This document shows, one piece after another, positions 38,680-53,600 of a stretch of DNA of 64,000 bases (positions within the stretch are counted from its first letter, which is position 1; the number at the start of each line of letters is the position of its first letter). The position numbers were made by a program, and so were the translations under genes. The notes under the pieces were generated by a model, which was given only the letters and a program-made list of their open reading frames with translations, made no database searches and was not told the origin of the DNA. Source of the stretch: Phoronis australis (lineage: Eukaryota; Animalia; Phoronida). The stretch is taken from contig NMRA01000030.1 of the NCBI GenBank assembly GCA_002633005.1, forward strand, positions 124,001 to 188,000. Direction: 5' to 3'.

Positions 38680-41600
38680 ATGAGACTAAGGAAAGCAGCA
38701 AAGGACATGGACAAGGATGATGGATCTGGCCCAATGACTTCTCTGCACAACACCTCTGTCCTCATAGATCTCCACATTGTTGAGAGATTTGTATACTGGG
38801 CATCCTTCATCAGTTTAGTTGTATATGCTACATACAGCGTGTATGTGGCTAGCTATGGTATGATAAATATTCTTCATCCCTATACTGACATGATCAAAAT
38901 CCTTAACATGAATTGATGAATACTAGAATAAATCTGCTGTGCGCATCATACAGTGTATATGATCTACTCTGCCTGCATCTTAAAAATGGTAAAGTGTGCT
39001 GAATTAGATGATGCATGGCAACTAAACCTACAAGTCTTTTGATAGCCAATCTCTCAGGCTAATAGGCTTTTAAAGGAAATGCCTAAAATACTTTTAGGAA
39101 TAAAGAAACAAAATTTGCAAGCTTGTGTTAAAATTTATTTTTTGAAGGAAAGTGTGTCAATCTCTGTGAAAAATCACGATTTTTTGAGAAAGAAGCCAAT
39201 CGTGCAACCATGAACATCGGGGCATTGCTTCTGTGCGTATGGCAAGGTTCTGTGATCATCAAGAATTTATAGTTTTATGGTTCTACCATGAATACTCAAT
39301 AGAAATTTATTTATAAAATTTGATGCTTGGTAACAAAGCCAGCTTACTACCTTAAAGTTATTGGGTGACTTATACCCCTTTCCCTGCTGATTCTCTCCAA
39401 CGTCAGACACCAGAGATCTCTCCAGTGTCAGCCACCTCAGGTCAAAATACTGTGTCTTTTCAAAATTTGAATTCCTTTGTGGAAAATCCTGTTTGTTACA
39501 TGAAAACAGTGGTTTATTTGTTAAAGTTGTTCATTGATTGAATGTACACATAAACCACAACGTAAGTATTAAATTAATAATGAAAATGAAAACACGTTTT
39601 CCAACGTAATTTTAATTTTCTTTAAAATTAACATTGAATTTCGTTTTCTCATATTGAAATGTATTGTTTATTTTCATGTTGTTTTCAGTTGTTTACACTC
39701 AAAACAATAGTTCGTTGTATATTACAGAGTATGAGGAATTCTTACCAGCCTATGGTTTCAGTCCTGGCTGGAGTTTCTTAGGAAGACAGCAGGACATATC
39801 GAACTTCGAATGGCATTTCTGGAAGATGTGGTCTGCCAAAATTTTTCCTTGTGTTGCTGGTCACATCATTGTAAGCAGGATTAGTGACTTGGCAGCCCCT
39901 CAGGTACACAATATATTGTTTGTTTATTATCTGATTGTTGATGATTCATCACTTCAGAAGCTCAGATATTCATTTGTAGTTCACCAGCAGGGAATGAAAA
40001 CTTGATTAAACATAACACACTTTTGTCGTGATGGATGGTCCTGAGTCAGGACATTTACTCGGGATGATCCAAATTCCCGAGAGTATCAAAATTTTGAAAT
40101 TCTTATCAGCGCATCTCATTAGTAGCACTAACAGTGCAGAGGTAACTATCTTGTTTATTAATTGCTTATGGAACATTTGCAGATAATCAGTTATTCAACG
40201 CGTTGGTAATCGAACACTTGCGGTCCTTGGAGTCCTTTTAAGCTTGCATCATGGTCATTCTCATGACTTTTGGTATGCTTCGGACATGCTATGATTATCA
40301 TATCTGTCAGTGACCAAGTGATCCCTTGTAGTGTAAGAGTTTACATGTGTGATCCTAATACGGGCTCAAATCACAACCATTGGCACAGTGCATGGACGGC
40401 ACACCATAGCGGGCTGGGGGGCTATAGCCCATAATTTTTTTCAGTGCTCCGGTGCCCATGGTCTATGGGCGGTGTACCACAGGGGGGCTGGGGGACTATA
40501 GTCCCCCACCCACTTTTTTCAGTGCTGCGCCACCCATGCAGTGGATGTACAAGTTCTTGTATGGTGCAGTTGGTTACGTAACAGTAGAAGTGTTGATCTC
40601 TCAAGAATAGACCTTAACAAGCACTGAAATGTTTTCACCAATAAAAATTTCCTGGCAACTTTGAAAAACAATTATTGTGTTCCATGAGCCTTAGACTAAG
40701 CATCGCTGTACACACTTCCAGCTTACACGGTTGCTATTTCAGATTTACTTCGGTTGCAAAGATCTCTGATCTACTATACTTGACTGTAAGCAAACTGGTT
40801 AGTTTCTGATATTTATTAATAACTGGCACTTTCATATAATGCAAAATCCTTCTTTAGTACTTCAATTTTCACATTTTGTTATATTTTTGCATTGTTAAAT
40901 AACGTAGAAAATAAAGCTGAAATTAAACAAGTCGATCCAGATCCTCCCAAGGATACTATTGTTTCACGAAATGTAGAATATAAATATTAGTTAAATAAAA
41001 CAACAAGAATGGATCAACTGAAATTTTCGGATATAATGATGTCCTTCGTCAACAGAAACAGAAATAAAGTAAAATCAAACACTATATGACAATTGACATT
41101 TAAAATGTGGGTACCGTAATGAATATGATTGTTTCCGCAAGAATGTATCATATTCATTACGCACATATATCCGAAAATTTCAGTTGATCCATTCTTGTTG
41201 TTTTATTTACCTATTTATATTCTGCATTGTTGACTAATTTCAATGGTTTTATTCTTGTATTAAGTTTGCACATGTGTTCTGCTCAGTGGTGCTGTGGTCT
41301 TCCAACTGTTTTGATTCTAACAGAAGTTTGTGTAGCATTATTTCACTGCTAGTTCTATCGTATAAAATGAGAGTCATTGGAACTCCAAGTGTAATGTATT
41401 TAGGGTGTTTAACTTAAAAGTGTATCGGTGGTAACATATCCATCTGCATCTGGGTATGAAGGTCCCATCCAGATGATTTATCTGACATAAAACTACATCA
41501 AGGATACGGTAAATTTTCCTCAAATTCAAACAAAAACAAAAATAATGACCAAAATTGTAATTTTTTATTTTTCAGATGCCAAAAATGTTCCAAAAATTTC

Positions 41601-44600
41601 ACCTTGTATCTGTGGATGACAGCTGCACTACAAAAAGTAAAACTCTTTTTGAAAATTTTGATAAAGTGAAATGTTAGTGTTCTGCCATACTGTGTTCTAA
41701 TTTGAAGAGTTTGCTGTACCTCTGTTATAATGTGCGCACATTGTGAGAACCAGTTTTCTCCATGGAATGACATGCATCAACTGGTTCTCAAAATGCACAC
41801 TTAATGTATCAGACTTATGGCCCGATTTTGGACAAAAAGTCGCCAAAATGCAATTTCTCAAAGGCTTACTACAGATGCAAAAATTCACTAAATTTGTTTC
41901 GAAAACAGCTGTACTTAAGTAAAAATTTCATGATATTGTTGAGATCTAACAATTTCACTTAAGTCCCAATGTGTTACTTTAAGCCTATAATTGCCTAATC
42001 ACCTGACGTGCCAGGAAGATGAGATTTTACTACGTGACAAATGTATTCAAGAAAATGTCAAATAAGTGCAAAATACATAAATGCAGTCACTGTCAATGTT
42101 TGCTGTTAAAGGCACATGAGTCAGTGATGAGTGTACACACCTTCAAAAGTTGCCTGCAAATACTTCATTTTTACCACTTTATCCATATTTATTCACAGTT
42201 GTGTTCTCTGCTCAGGGCATTATGTAACATGAAAATTTTGTTAACTACACATTGATTGACGTTTTGGTTTGTTCAATATGTCGTTGTTTACATATGCGCT
42301 GATTTTCGTACTCATATTTTGGCCAAAAACAAATGTGAAAAATTTATTGTCTGCTTTCAGTTCAAGAAGTGGGTGTATACTACTGCAGGTCTTGCATCGT
42401 TGACATTTCTGATGGGCTGGCGTGCTGTGGTCTTACTTAACAGTCATTGTGCCATTACTTACCTAGCAACTTTGTTGACAAAGTCTGTGTCATGTGTCTG
42501 GCTCGTCGATTTACTGTTATTAGCAACACTGAATTTCAATCCATTTAGTGATCTCATGGTAAGAAATGTATTTTTGCTTAGAATTGTTTCTATAGAAATG
42601 TATCAGTGAATTCTTTAACTTAGGGCAAAAGTTATTAAGCGAGAAGAACCCTGGAATCCTGGGGACAACTGCTTTGTTTCACTCGTCAACCAGAACTCCC
42701 AATACACAGCTGGCCACAATACATGTGAAACACAATTAACCTAATGATGGCTAAGTACAAACTCATGTGACCTGTATAGTTACATATAAACAATAAGAGT
42801 TACAGCAACCGGAGTGGTCAACGACCACCACACAAACAGCCTTTCATATTATGTCGTACAAGTTAAACAACAAAGACCCTAAAGCCGCTTGACAATTTTT
42901 TGTTGAGAAATCCATTTGTCGGCTATGTTTTGTGGAGTTCGAGTAGTTTCAATGGAAAAGAAATTAAATGATCTATTGATAATGATAATGATAACAAAAA
43001 TAGTATATTTATTAATTGTTTTATACAGCATGGTTTTATGCAGTTTTGAATATTAAGTATCAGTCCACGGATCCACCGACCACTGTACAGCCAACAAGCG
43101 GCAAGGTGGGGGGTCAGCCATTCAGATCCATGTTTAGTCTGATAAATCACATTAGGGATGAGAGAAATTGGGTGAAGTATGACCCCACAAAGTTTGGTGG
43201 TTTAGGAGATACAAGGGAAGTGTTCTTGGGGGCAAAATGAGGCAATTTCTTGTTGTGGAATGAGTCATTTTTTACCAAATTTTCTACTCCAGTTTCTGCT
43301 TCAAACAGAATCGTTTCTGAACAATTTTGATATCACACGATAGGTTCATGACCAATGTCAGTAAAAACGGCACCGACACTGCAATATCTGTTACCATGGT
43401 AACACTGGAACTGTTTCCGTGGAGGTACCTTTCCTTCTTGTGAAAAACCAGCAGTAAGTTGTACCCTTATAGCGAAGCTGCCCCCGCGAGAAAACTAAAA
43501 ATAATAACATGGACATGTAGAAGACTCCATGCCCTTGAAATTAATACAATAAAAACTTTGTCAGCCCTTCAGGCAGGCTTGGTAATAGGTGTCTGAATTT
43601 CACTATTTTCAGACCGCGTATGTGTATTTGTCATGTTAAACCAGTCACTAGTTGTGCGCCGTTTCTACGCATTAATATGCCGTGGTATAATACAACAATT
43701 AAAAGAATTGGTTTGCTTAAATGTTTTTAATTAATTTTAAAGACACTAGCATTTCCCACTAAAATATGAAATTATACTAAATTTGTTCATCCAACTCGTC
43801 TGAATACCAAACTAAAGCTTACAATGCGTTAGTTGAATGATGGCTGACCTAAAGTGCGGGTTTGCGAATTTATCTATTTATCTGGCACTGCCAGTCGCAT
43901 CGAATGTGGTATTTCTACAAATTGCGGAGAGAAACAACTTTGGAAACTCTTGGGAAATGCACAAGGTATAGAGCGAGACATTTGAGCACCTTATAAGAGT
44001 ACGTGGAGCTGATGTGGAGGTGGAACGTGTCCTCCTGAGAAGTAGTCTGTCTCAGTGTCTGCCTCGGAGGCAGGTGTGCAGCAGGAGCTACATAATCTAC
44101 CGTATTAGATTCACTTGCCCGAATCATCGTTACAACACTCGAGATATATTGCTGTCGCCAAAGACACTGAGAACATCCACTGCACACTAGAGGAGAAATC
44201 TGATAGAGCCTGATAGAGGTCTGAAAAATGACCAAAGACGTTAAGTCAAGGTTCAACGTCCTGCTTCGTGTGAGCTCAGGTAGGAATCACTAAACTCCAG
44301 GGTCTGACCCTGAGGAATATTTTTAGAAGCACGTCATTCATGCAAAAATACTTTTATTGTCACACCGTGATTGCTTATAACTTGGGCCTTATTGCTTAAT
44401 CATATCTTATTCAAATGTGTTGATGTTTATGCAACTACATGTATACATTGGCATAGAAAATAGGTAGTCATCATAACTTTTCATAACAACCACCAAATGT
44501 GTAACATGACTTCTGCCCATGAACTACTTTTAGAGACTAGGGAGTATGTTATGTCTGCCAATGAATTTCTGCGATTATGAAGTTAATTAAACATGCTAAA

Positions 44601-47600
44601 GCCGTCAAAAATATTGGTGCCTTCACTTTAGCTTGGTATTCATATTTTCTGAGCCGAAATGGCCACATTAAATTTAATATGTTTAATTTTTTCATTAATA
44701 CAATTTTAGGAATCAGGAAAGGCTTATGCTGAAGAAGTGGCTTCTGCTGAAGTTGGAGACTTGCCGATTATTAGTAAAGGTTGGGTATGGAAAAGTTCAC
44801 AACCAGCAAGAAGGTACCCTTCTGGACAACTAAGTGAGGGGGCTAGAGAGAGGCCGTAAAGTCTACTCCCAGAAGATATGTCAAAGAGAATTTGTAGCTT
44901 GAGGAACGAGTCGGGGGAAAAAGTATTTGCCAAAGATTACTGGCTTATACCACAACAGGTCCAAAGTAATTTCTTGAGATAGGCCACTCTCAGCAAATGT
45001 GGGGAAACTGGGACAGAGGAAGTGGAGTATGCATTGAAAGAGGCAATCTGCGATTGTCAAGGATGTAGCATTGTAAAAATTCAAAGGGAGGAAACAGTAC
45101 AGTGGCTGGACCTGTAAATACTCTGGCTGATCTGCTAAATCCAGTGGGGGCATTATTGTATCAGCACAGCTGTGTAGGGAAGTAGGCTTGTGTGTTGTCG
45201 CAAGCTTTGTTTGCACCAGAACTGCTTGTGTGAACAGCACAAATCTAAAATTTACCTAGTCTAAGACTGAATTTTTCTCCGGGCACGGATCATGATCCTG
45301 GGCCACATGGTAATGGTACATTGTTCATTTTGTTTAGCCACTGGATTTTTTGGTCTGACAGGATTTCTCAGTGTGGCCATCACATTTAGATGATTTCTGA
45401 CCACTGTACTGTTCCTTTTCCTTGAAGATGCATAATTGATCTGAATTTATGTTTCCGCATTTTATTTACCATTATAGATTTTTGTTTGTAAATGGGTATA
45501 TATTACTGAAATTTGAGACCCTGTTGCAGTTAGGCTGGTTTTGTTAACTTATCTTTCTACCTGGGTTGTAAACCCATATTCTGTCCAGGAGGTAATAAGT
45601 TTTGATTTAGACCATTTACCTCTATAAACTTTGCTCAGTTTGTTCCTTATCCAGATGGGAAGTGATTTCTGGAATTGTAGCGAATTGACAGTTTGCTATT
45701 CCTTGAGACCATGCTGTGTGTATAAAATCGCACACTATTAGTCTGGTCTTTAGCAATTGCATATTGCCAGATCTTTCAAAGTTCTGAAATTGCTCAAAAG
45801 TGACCTGGAAGTAATACCTATTTCGTGATGGTAAAATATCTAAATCAAAAGTTGTTTTATGTGATTTTAGGCGAGTTTATGTCCACTTCAAATGATTTTT
45901 TGTTGCAGTACTGAAAAGTATTGGCACATTAGCTCTGGTGGCTCCTTGTTTTTTTGGCGAATTGACCATTTTATGGTTCCCATGGGTAATTTTGTTACTG
46001 GTCTAGTATGTATGTACAACTGTAATCGTAGGGCAATTGTAATGCAAACCATGTTGCAAAAGTATTTTTTCATGACCATTTCATTGTAAAATGCTGCCTA
46101 ATTGGAACCGACAAGCCAATTTTTCATTTTGTGGTGGTTAGTTTTGATAAGAACATTGATGTGGTAAATACAGCTACCTCAAGTTTGTGAAGAAGAGATT
46201 TCCAGTGTTGTCAGCGATATTGCGAAATCACTTTTTCGCAGTGAGACTACATCACCTTAAATGTAATTCCCTGACTTTATGGGCTTTGTGTGGTTGACTC
46301 TGTCCTGTAGCAATTAGAGTGTTGAAAAGATCTAGAAGGCAATTTTTTATTAGAGTCATAATATTTGCACTTTTGACTGTACAGTTATCTTTGCATTGTA
46401 TTACGAAAACATATTTTGTAGTACACAAGTCTCTGGTTGGTATTTTATATTTTTTCACAAGGAATATTTTCAACTTAGATGAGTTGTCTGTGAGGTAGGC
46501 AATTTTCAAATAAGATAATGAATAAAATTGTCAAACATTGTTTTATTTTTTAGATGTGTGATCTTCCAATAAGTGATTACTTTTAAAAAACCTGTGCAGA
46601 ATTTGATTTTTACTCTTCATTTGAAGGAGAATAAATCCATAAACCTGCATTGTCTAGAAATTTTACTCAAACTACATATTACAGGGTTGGGGATTGGAAT
46701 CTTAATACAACAGAGTCTGAACCCGTACCATGAGCAATACAACACAATACACGGATATAAAAATTTGGTGTTTAGGTTCCACGGAAAGGATTCGTGTGCG
46801 CGGTAATAGTTACTAAGGTGCGTGGTCATTGTTTGTGGATACTTTGGGATTCCTCTTCTGTGGTCATCCACGGGAAACCTGGTCGCATAGAGAACAATAG
46901 ATTAGCATCTTCATTGTTTCCGTTGTTATAATAAAGATATAATGACGAGCACTTATCGGCAACGGTCTGATGTACGCAAGGTTCTATATCCATGCGACCT
47001 GTGTTGTTACATCCAACAATGACACAACAAAGGAAAACAATGATAGGACCGATGGGCGAAAAACATGCGACGAGTTGCCATGGACAGTGGTGGAGTTTGT
47101 CTTGTCATTCGAATGTTTTTACAGAACTGCAAACCCGGTATTTCGTCAGGAAAATTTCTGCGGTCTTTTGTTTTAAGTCGTGGGAAAAATTGCGGTCATG
47201 CAACCAAACTTATCCTTCATTTGATATTACAATGCATTGCATGAACATTTGATCAACAGAAAATCTGACTTGAATATGTGTGAAGAAATACCCATGAGGA
47301 AATTGCAAAGTAAAACAACTGTAAATCAAAATAACCTACATTTGTCGAGTTCATGTCTAACCCTGTTCACTGTGGAGGACATAATCGGCTTTTTACAAAA
47401 TGGAGCCATGTATGGTATTTAGGGGTACTATAGCCCTAAGTGATCAGTAGTAAAACGTTCAAAACATTCAGGAGGAACTAACTTGTTGCAAAATATCGAA
47501 AAACATGCAGGACAATCGGATTTTACGGTGCTTACGCATCGGTCTCAGATGTATGAAAATTTCTCATTTTAGTACATTTGAGGTGCCAAAATATATAACT

Positions 47601-50600
47601 AATAAACTGGCTGACAAAGTTTTTATTTTATGAAATGAAAGTAACATGTTTTGTCAACATTTTGGCTAAGTTTCATTCTCATAACAGTGGGGGCAGATTT
47701 GGTACAGCAGTGTACTGAACACAACCTCAAAATGGCATAACGGGGGGCAGTGTAGTAAAACTACTAAATGAGGGTGGTAAATCGGAATCGTGTTTCAAGA
47801 CATCTGTGTAACAATCTACAGGCACCACTAAACAATGCCAAGTGAATAATAAATCAATAGCTTTCATTCAAGGAAAAATATGAACAGTTGAAACTGGACA
47901 GTTTTTATACCGTGAAAACATGGCTGCGAAACCGTAAAATGTGTTTGAACCTATAACTTTAGAAAAACACAATATTTTGAGGAAATATTTTACCGCTGTT
48001 TATAGACCCCATAGGACTACATATGTGCCAAATTTGGTGAAAATCGGCTGACCCCCACCTTGCCGCTCATGGTTGGTGCTCTCGTGGACTAGTACTTAAG
48101 CTGCCTTCTTTCAAAAAGTAATTTTGATTTAGACCCTTGCTGTTTATTTTGTTTCATTCTCAAATTCGGTGTGATTTGTCGACTAATTAACATTTATATG
48201 TGTGTACCTGTGTGTGAGGGGACATCATGCTGTCATCTCCGTCAGGGCATCTGTTTGGCATCCAGCTGTATTTCCAAAACTCTTCTTTGGTATTTGTGAA
48301 TGTTGCAGACATCTATCTTGAATGATATGACACTGCCACTATGCACCCGAGTGGCAATTTTGTTTTTTTAATGTTTGTCACCGTCTATTCAGAGGCCCTC
48401 AATAGCTTTTCATGAAATTTAGCAAAACGTAGTATCAAAGCGTCAGTGGTGCCTTTCCGTTTCCCGTTGAATGGATTTACTATGTGCCACTTAGTGTCTG
48501 TTTTTACTGGTTTCAAGTTGTTTAGCATATTCTTCTCTTCTCTGTATGCCAAGTCTTACTGACAATTGTTTTACTACTGAGAGCAGCAAGTTTGACGATT
48601 ATTTTTAGTCAGCTCCAACTACATTGGTGTCCATAAGAGGCACTTTGTTGCAATTCTGTAAGCCCCTTACAGGATCTTATTTTTAAATCTGGCACATGTA
48701 TTTGTATGAACGTTAAAACGACGTTTGGACAAAAGTGGCAACTTTGTTTTTCTTTGCAATTGGATTGAGATCTACAGAGTTCATGAAATTTGACAGTAAG
48801 GTTTTGTCCAGGAGATGACTGGTGTTGCACACACCCTAGTGGCATTGTCGTCTGCTTCCCTATCCTCCAAATTTCTTGAAGAATCCTGATGACAGATGGC
48901 AGGTGTCTTCCTATTAAGGGGAGGATTGCTGGCTTGCTTTGTACTCCTAGAGGTTATTTCCATTTTTCTGGTATTGCTGCCTTTAATTTATAATAAGTTA
49001 AACGATAATCTCTTGTAGCTGCACTGTATGTGATGCACACTGTGGGTGTATATCAATGCTCAACCTTGCTCTTGCTATTGCTTGACACCAGACTTAGTAT
49101 GCTGTCTTGTTATGACAGATCATTTTTATGCTGAGCATGATCTCTTGCAATAACAAGATGAGCACGATATCTTGCAATAACAAGCTGAGCACGATATCTT
49201 GCAATAACAAGCTGAGCATGATCTCTTGCTATAACAAGCTGAGCACCATCTCTTGCAATAACAAGCTGAGCACGATCTCTTGCAATAACAAGCTGAGCAC
49301 CATCTCTTGCAATTACAAGCTGAGCACCATCTCTTGCAATAACAAGCTGAGCACGATCTCTTGCAATAACAAGCTGAGCACGATCTCTTGCAATAACAAG
49401 CAGAGCACGATCTCTTGCAATAACAAGCTCAGCACAATCTCTTGCAATAACAAGCTGAGCATGACATCTTGCAGTAACATGCTGAGCATGATCTCTTGCA
49501 ATAACAAGCTGACAGTCAAAAGTTGATTCCTTTTTATGGAAGAGGCTTTTACACGGACAAGCAAAGTGGAATACACGTAATGGTAAATTTTATAAGTTGT
49601 TTTTTTCAGAGAAATGTGTTTGAGGATGACCCATATGAATATCAGTATTACCTTCTTGTCTTCACTGTGGCCATGTTGAACATTCGATGCATCAGTTTTG
49701 GCCTGGAAGTATGCCACAGTTCCTGTGAAATGGACAAAACTGACACAACTCGGACATCGTCTGCTTTAATAGACGCGTGGACCTATTTCTTTTACTTGCC
49801 TCTCTTCTTCTGCGGCCCCATTTTCACCTATGACACATTTCTAATGCAGGTAAGTCAAGTTTTGTTTTCATTTATCATAAAGATTATATCTTTTGCAGCT
49901 TCAAGCACATTGAAATATGTACTATATGCATTTGTTGTAAAAGTGAATTCGATTTGTTCCAAGTTGGACCTCATAGCAGTTGTTTGAGATGTTTTGTTTT
50001 GCTCCTTATGAAGTGCATTGTGACTGGATGGTGCTGCCACCCATTAGTGAGGAGATGAAATTATATGTTAAAAATCATAGTGGTGTAAAAAATTCTCTGC
50101 TATGGGATGAAGTGATTCTTAGTGTTATGTTCTGTCCTGGACCACTTGTTCTCAGCTGCAATTGTCAAACCACATGAGAATGGCATTTAAATGCTGGTTG
50201 ATAGTGGCAGGAGTCCATTGCTACATTAATTTTAATTTAATACTGTGATTTTTAAAACAATCGCAATATTTGAAGTTTGTTTTCAAATAATGGTTTGTTC
50301 CTTAGTCCTCAACAATAGTTAAACAGGTGTGATAATCCTGTTAACAAGCATAGACTCAAAAGAAGATCCAAAAGAAGAGAGCAATGCTGACAATAACGGT
50401 GCCCTCTGTTGGCTGTTTCGTTTTTTCCGCCTCTCTCAATGTCTATAATGTTCCTTCCTGATAAATTTTCATAAACTTAAGCACAGTTTTGTGTTCTTTT
50501 TGAGGAGAGCTTGGCTGATGTTGATTCTTGGGCAGATCTGATTGCTGTCTCACCAATTCTTGCAATTTAGGTTTGCTTTGCATCTGCATCGATAACTTTC

Positions 50601-53600
50601 AATTGAAGATCTTCATGAAATTTGGCATGTGTGCTTGCATTCTGGAAGCTCAACCAAGTTTCTTGTTTTTTAATGGACCTGACTACCTTATATCTGGGAA
50701 GTTCGAAGACAGGCCTTCATGAACTTTGATCTATGTGTTCCTTATGAGGAGAGTACATCAGATGTTGATTTTAGAATGGATTTGACTATCGTGGAAATAT
50801 TTGAAAAATTGAACACCCCTTATTGGCATTGTTAGCTGCATGAAGGAGACATTTTGTTTGTGTGTACGTGCATCCCTGTAGATAATAATACTTTTGTGGG
50901 TCCATCTCCTGCTTTTTTTCAAAGATGATTGTTATCAAACTTTGAAAATGTTTACTTAGAACTACAATAAGACATAATGTCAGCATTTTGTCATTCCTTT
51001 GATTTTACTTTCTATGCATCCATGTACTAGGGAAATGATCTATGTGCAAACTGACAAAACTCATATGCTTAGTATGAATTTTGTTCCATGATTATTAATT
51101 TTTGTGCCTCCATGTTTTTATTGCAATATTGTTTCATTGTTTCAGATCAATCAGCCATCAAAGTCGTGGCCCAAAAAAAGGTTCGTAATCTTTGCCAAAG
51201 CAGCTCTGCGTCTTGTATTCTGGTGGGCATTCTACGAAGTCTTCACTCATTTCTTGTACATAGACGCCTTATTAAACCATAATCACTTCATGGAGACAGT
51301 CTCAAACTGGGTCATTGCAGGAATTGCTTACTTAAACGGACAAATGTTCATGGTGAAGTATGTTCTCATATTTGGAATTCCATCTCTTGTTGCACGATTT
51401 GATGGGTTTGATCCCCCAGAAGGACCGATGTGTATATCCAGGGTTTACCTGTACTCACAGATGTGGAAGTAAGTAGATGCTTGAACAGACAATGATTGTT
51501 GTTTAGAATCCCTGTTTAGTACTCAAGTGTGTGTTTATTAAGAATGTGGTAGTTGTTGGTTTTTTTACTAAAACCTGGTTATCCAGGCTGAAATTGAGAA
51601 ATGAAATCTTGTGTCATTTCTGATAATTTTACAACATGAATTCAACATTAAAACATGCATTCTTAAAAAAAAACAAATTTGTTGAATTTTGTATTGTGTG
51701 TCTCGAAATAGCCTAGGGTTATTTTTTTAGTTTAGCACTCAAGTTAATGTTTGTTTATTACCATGGATAAGTCAAAGTTGGAGAGAAATAAATAAAAGAC
51801 TGTGAAAAATTTACGGTCGCATTAAATCTAAGGTACATTAGTCACATGCCAAAGTAATTGAAGAACAAAATTCCATTTCGACTTTATGTTACTCAATTGA
51901 TTTTTGCTACCTACTGTCAGTCAACTTCAGTGGGAGACATTGTTTGTCTTCAAAGTTGCTCAGTTGGTGAGCAGGCTGTCGTGCTCTTCTTTTCACATAT
52001 TTTTTCTTGTTGTGATTCATGGATGACAGGGGAGGGTGAACAAGTGATAATGTAGTCATTTGCATAAGCTCTTACATGTGATTTGCGCTGACTGTCACTT
52101 GAAGTGAAAAGACAATAACAGGGCTCATATTATTAATACTGTTACTCAGGATTGTGTTCTACAAAAAGTGTACCATTCTCAAGTGATATTACATTCCAAT
52201 ATGTAAAAGACTGTTTGACTGAGTGTCTCTTCATCAGTGATCAGGTTTTATTGATCAATTGTAATCAAGCAGACTCTCATTGAAATTCAAGACTTTGGCA
52301 TTACAGATCACTTCCTCATTTATGAACAGGTAATGTGTATAAATAGACATTAATTTACAGCTGACCTTTCTAAGATGAATAAATTTAGCAGTTTTTGATT
52401 TCCTGTACCCCTTAGTTTGAGCCACTTCATTGTAAGTGACATTTTAATATAGGTTCAATTTGGTTTTATTCTCTAGCAGTTTAGCAGTTATTGATTACCA
52501 TTAAAACTTCTAGAATTAAACCAAAGACTTAATGAGGCGACTGTAGCAATGTCACACTAACACACTCCAGGTGGGTGTTTTTACTCTAAAGGGTTTCAAG
52601 GTATCATTTCAATCATTGTGATGACTTGCCTTCCGGCAGGAAATTAATGTCAAGATATTTCATCTCTTGGAACTGTCTCAGGCACCGTTATCTTTATTGT
52701 CTCGGTGTTGTCAACCTGGTCATAATCTTAGCATCCTCTTCCATTTGAAAAAGAAGAACCAGTTATATAATTGTATACTGGTGTTATTGACATTCAGCCA
52801 GTGTTTTGTTGCTGTATTTTAGGTGCTTTGACCGTGGCTTGTACAGTTTTCTAAAGAGGTGAGAACGATGTTTAGAGACCACGAATGAAAATGATCCAAC
52901 GATGAAAACTTATTTTGGAAAGCAGTAGTTCTTTGTTTAGGCTTTATATGCCACTTTGAAACAACTTGTGTTATCATTACGTGGCATATATTCTTGACTA
53001 TTGTCTTGTTGTTTGTAGTGCCTGGTTGAAAATCGTCATAAATTCAATCTAATCCTTCAACTGATAATTGACAACTTTCAAAAACGGTTCCACCCTCCAA
53101 TCCTATCTAAATTTTGCTTTGGTAAAATCAGTGTCATCAGCCACCCAAAAATGATCGTTTGTTAAATGTCTTTGCATAATTTGTACTAAGACATGCATAG
53201 CTGGATCTAATTGGTCAATAACTTTTTTTCCAAGTACAGTTTGTTAAAAAAGCCATAAAGCAGTCATTATTTTATGCCATTGACTGACGTATAAACATTT
53301 GAATATGATTTTTTTTTTTCAAATACAGATTATTTAGTTTGCAAAATGTTGATTTTGGATTGATATTTTTGTTACTTTGGCATTCAGTAATAGCGTAAAT
53401 TTCACAATGACTTGATATATATCAGTATCCCCAAGTGTAGATATTGAGTGCCACTTAATTCTAACTGCTATTTTGGGTTTATTAAAGAAGAAACTTCTTG
53501 TCTTGTTGTTCACATCCCTAGAACTAAACTTTTTCCACAATCCAAACAACATAACATAATGGCCATCTAGTGAAATGCTGCGGGGAAATCTTAATCTTGG

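Noticed and set aside
49128-49526. ORF with KLSTISCNN repeats
   Set aside because: Translation of an intronic 27-bp minisatellite; HHAT splices in phase without it.
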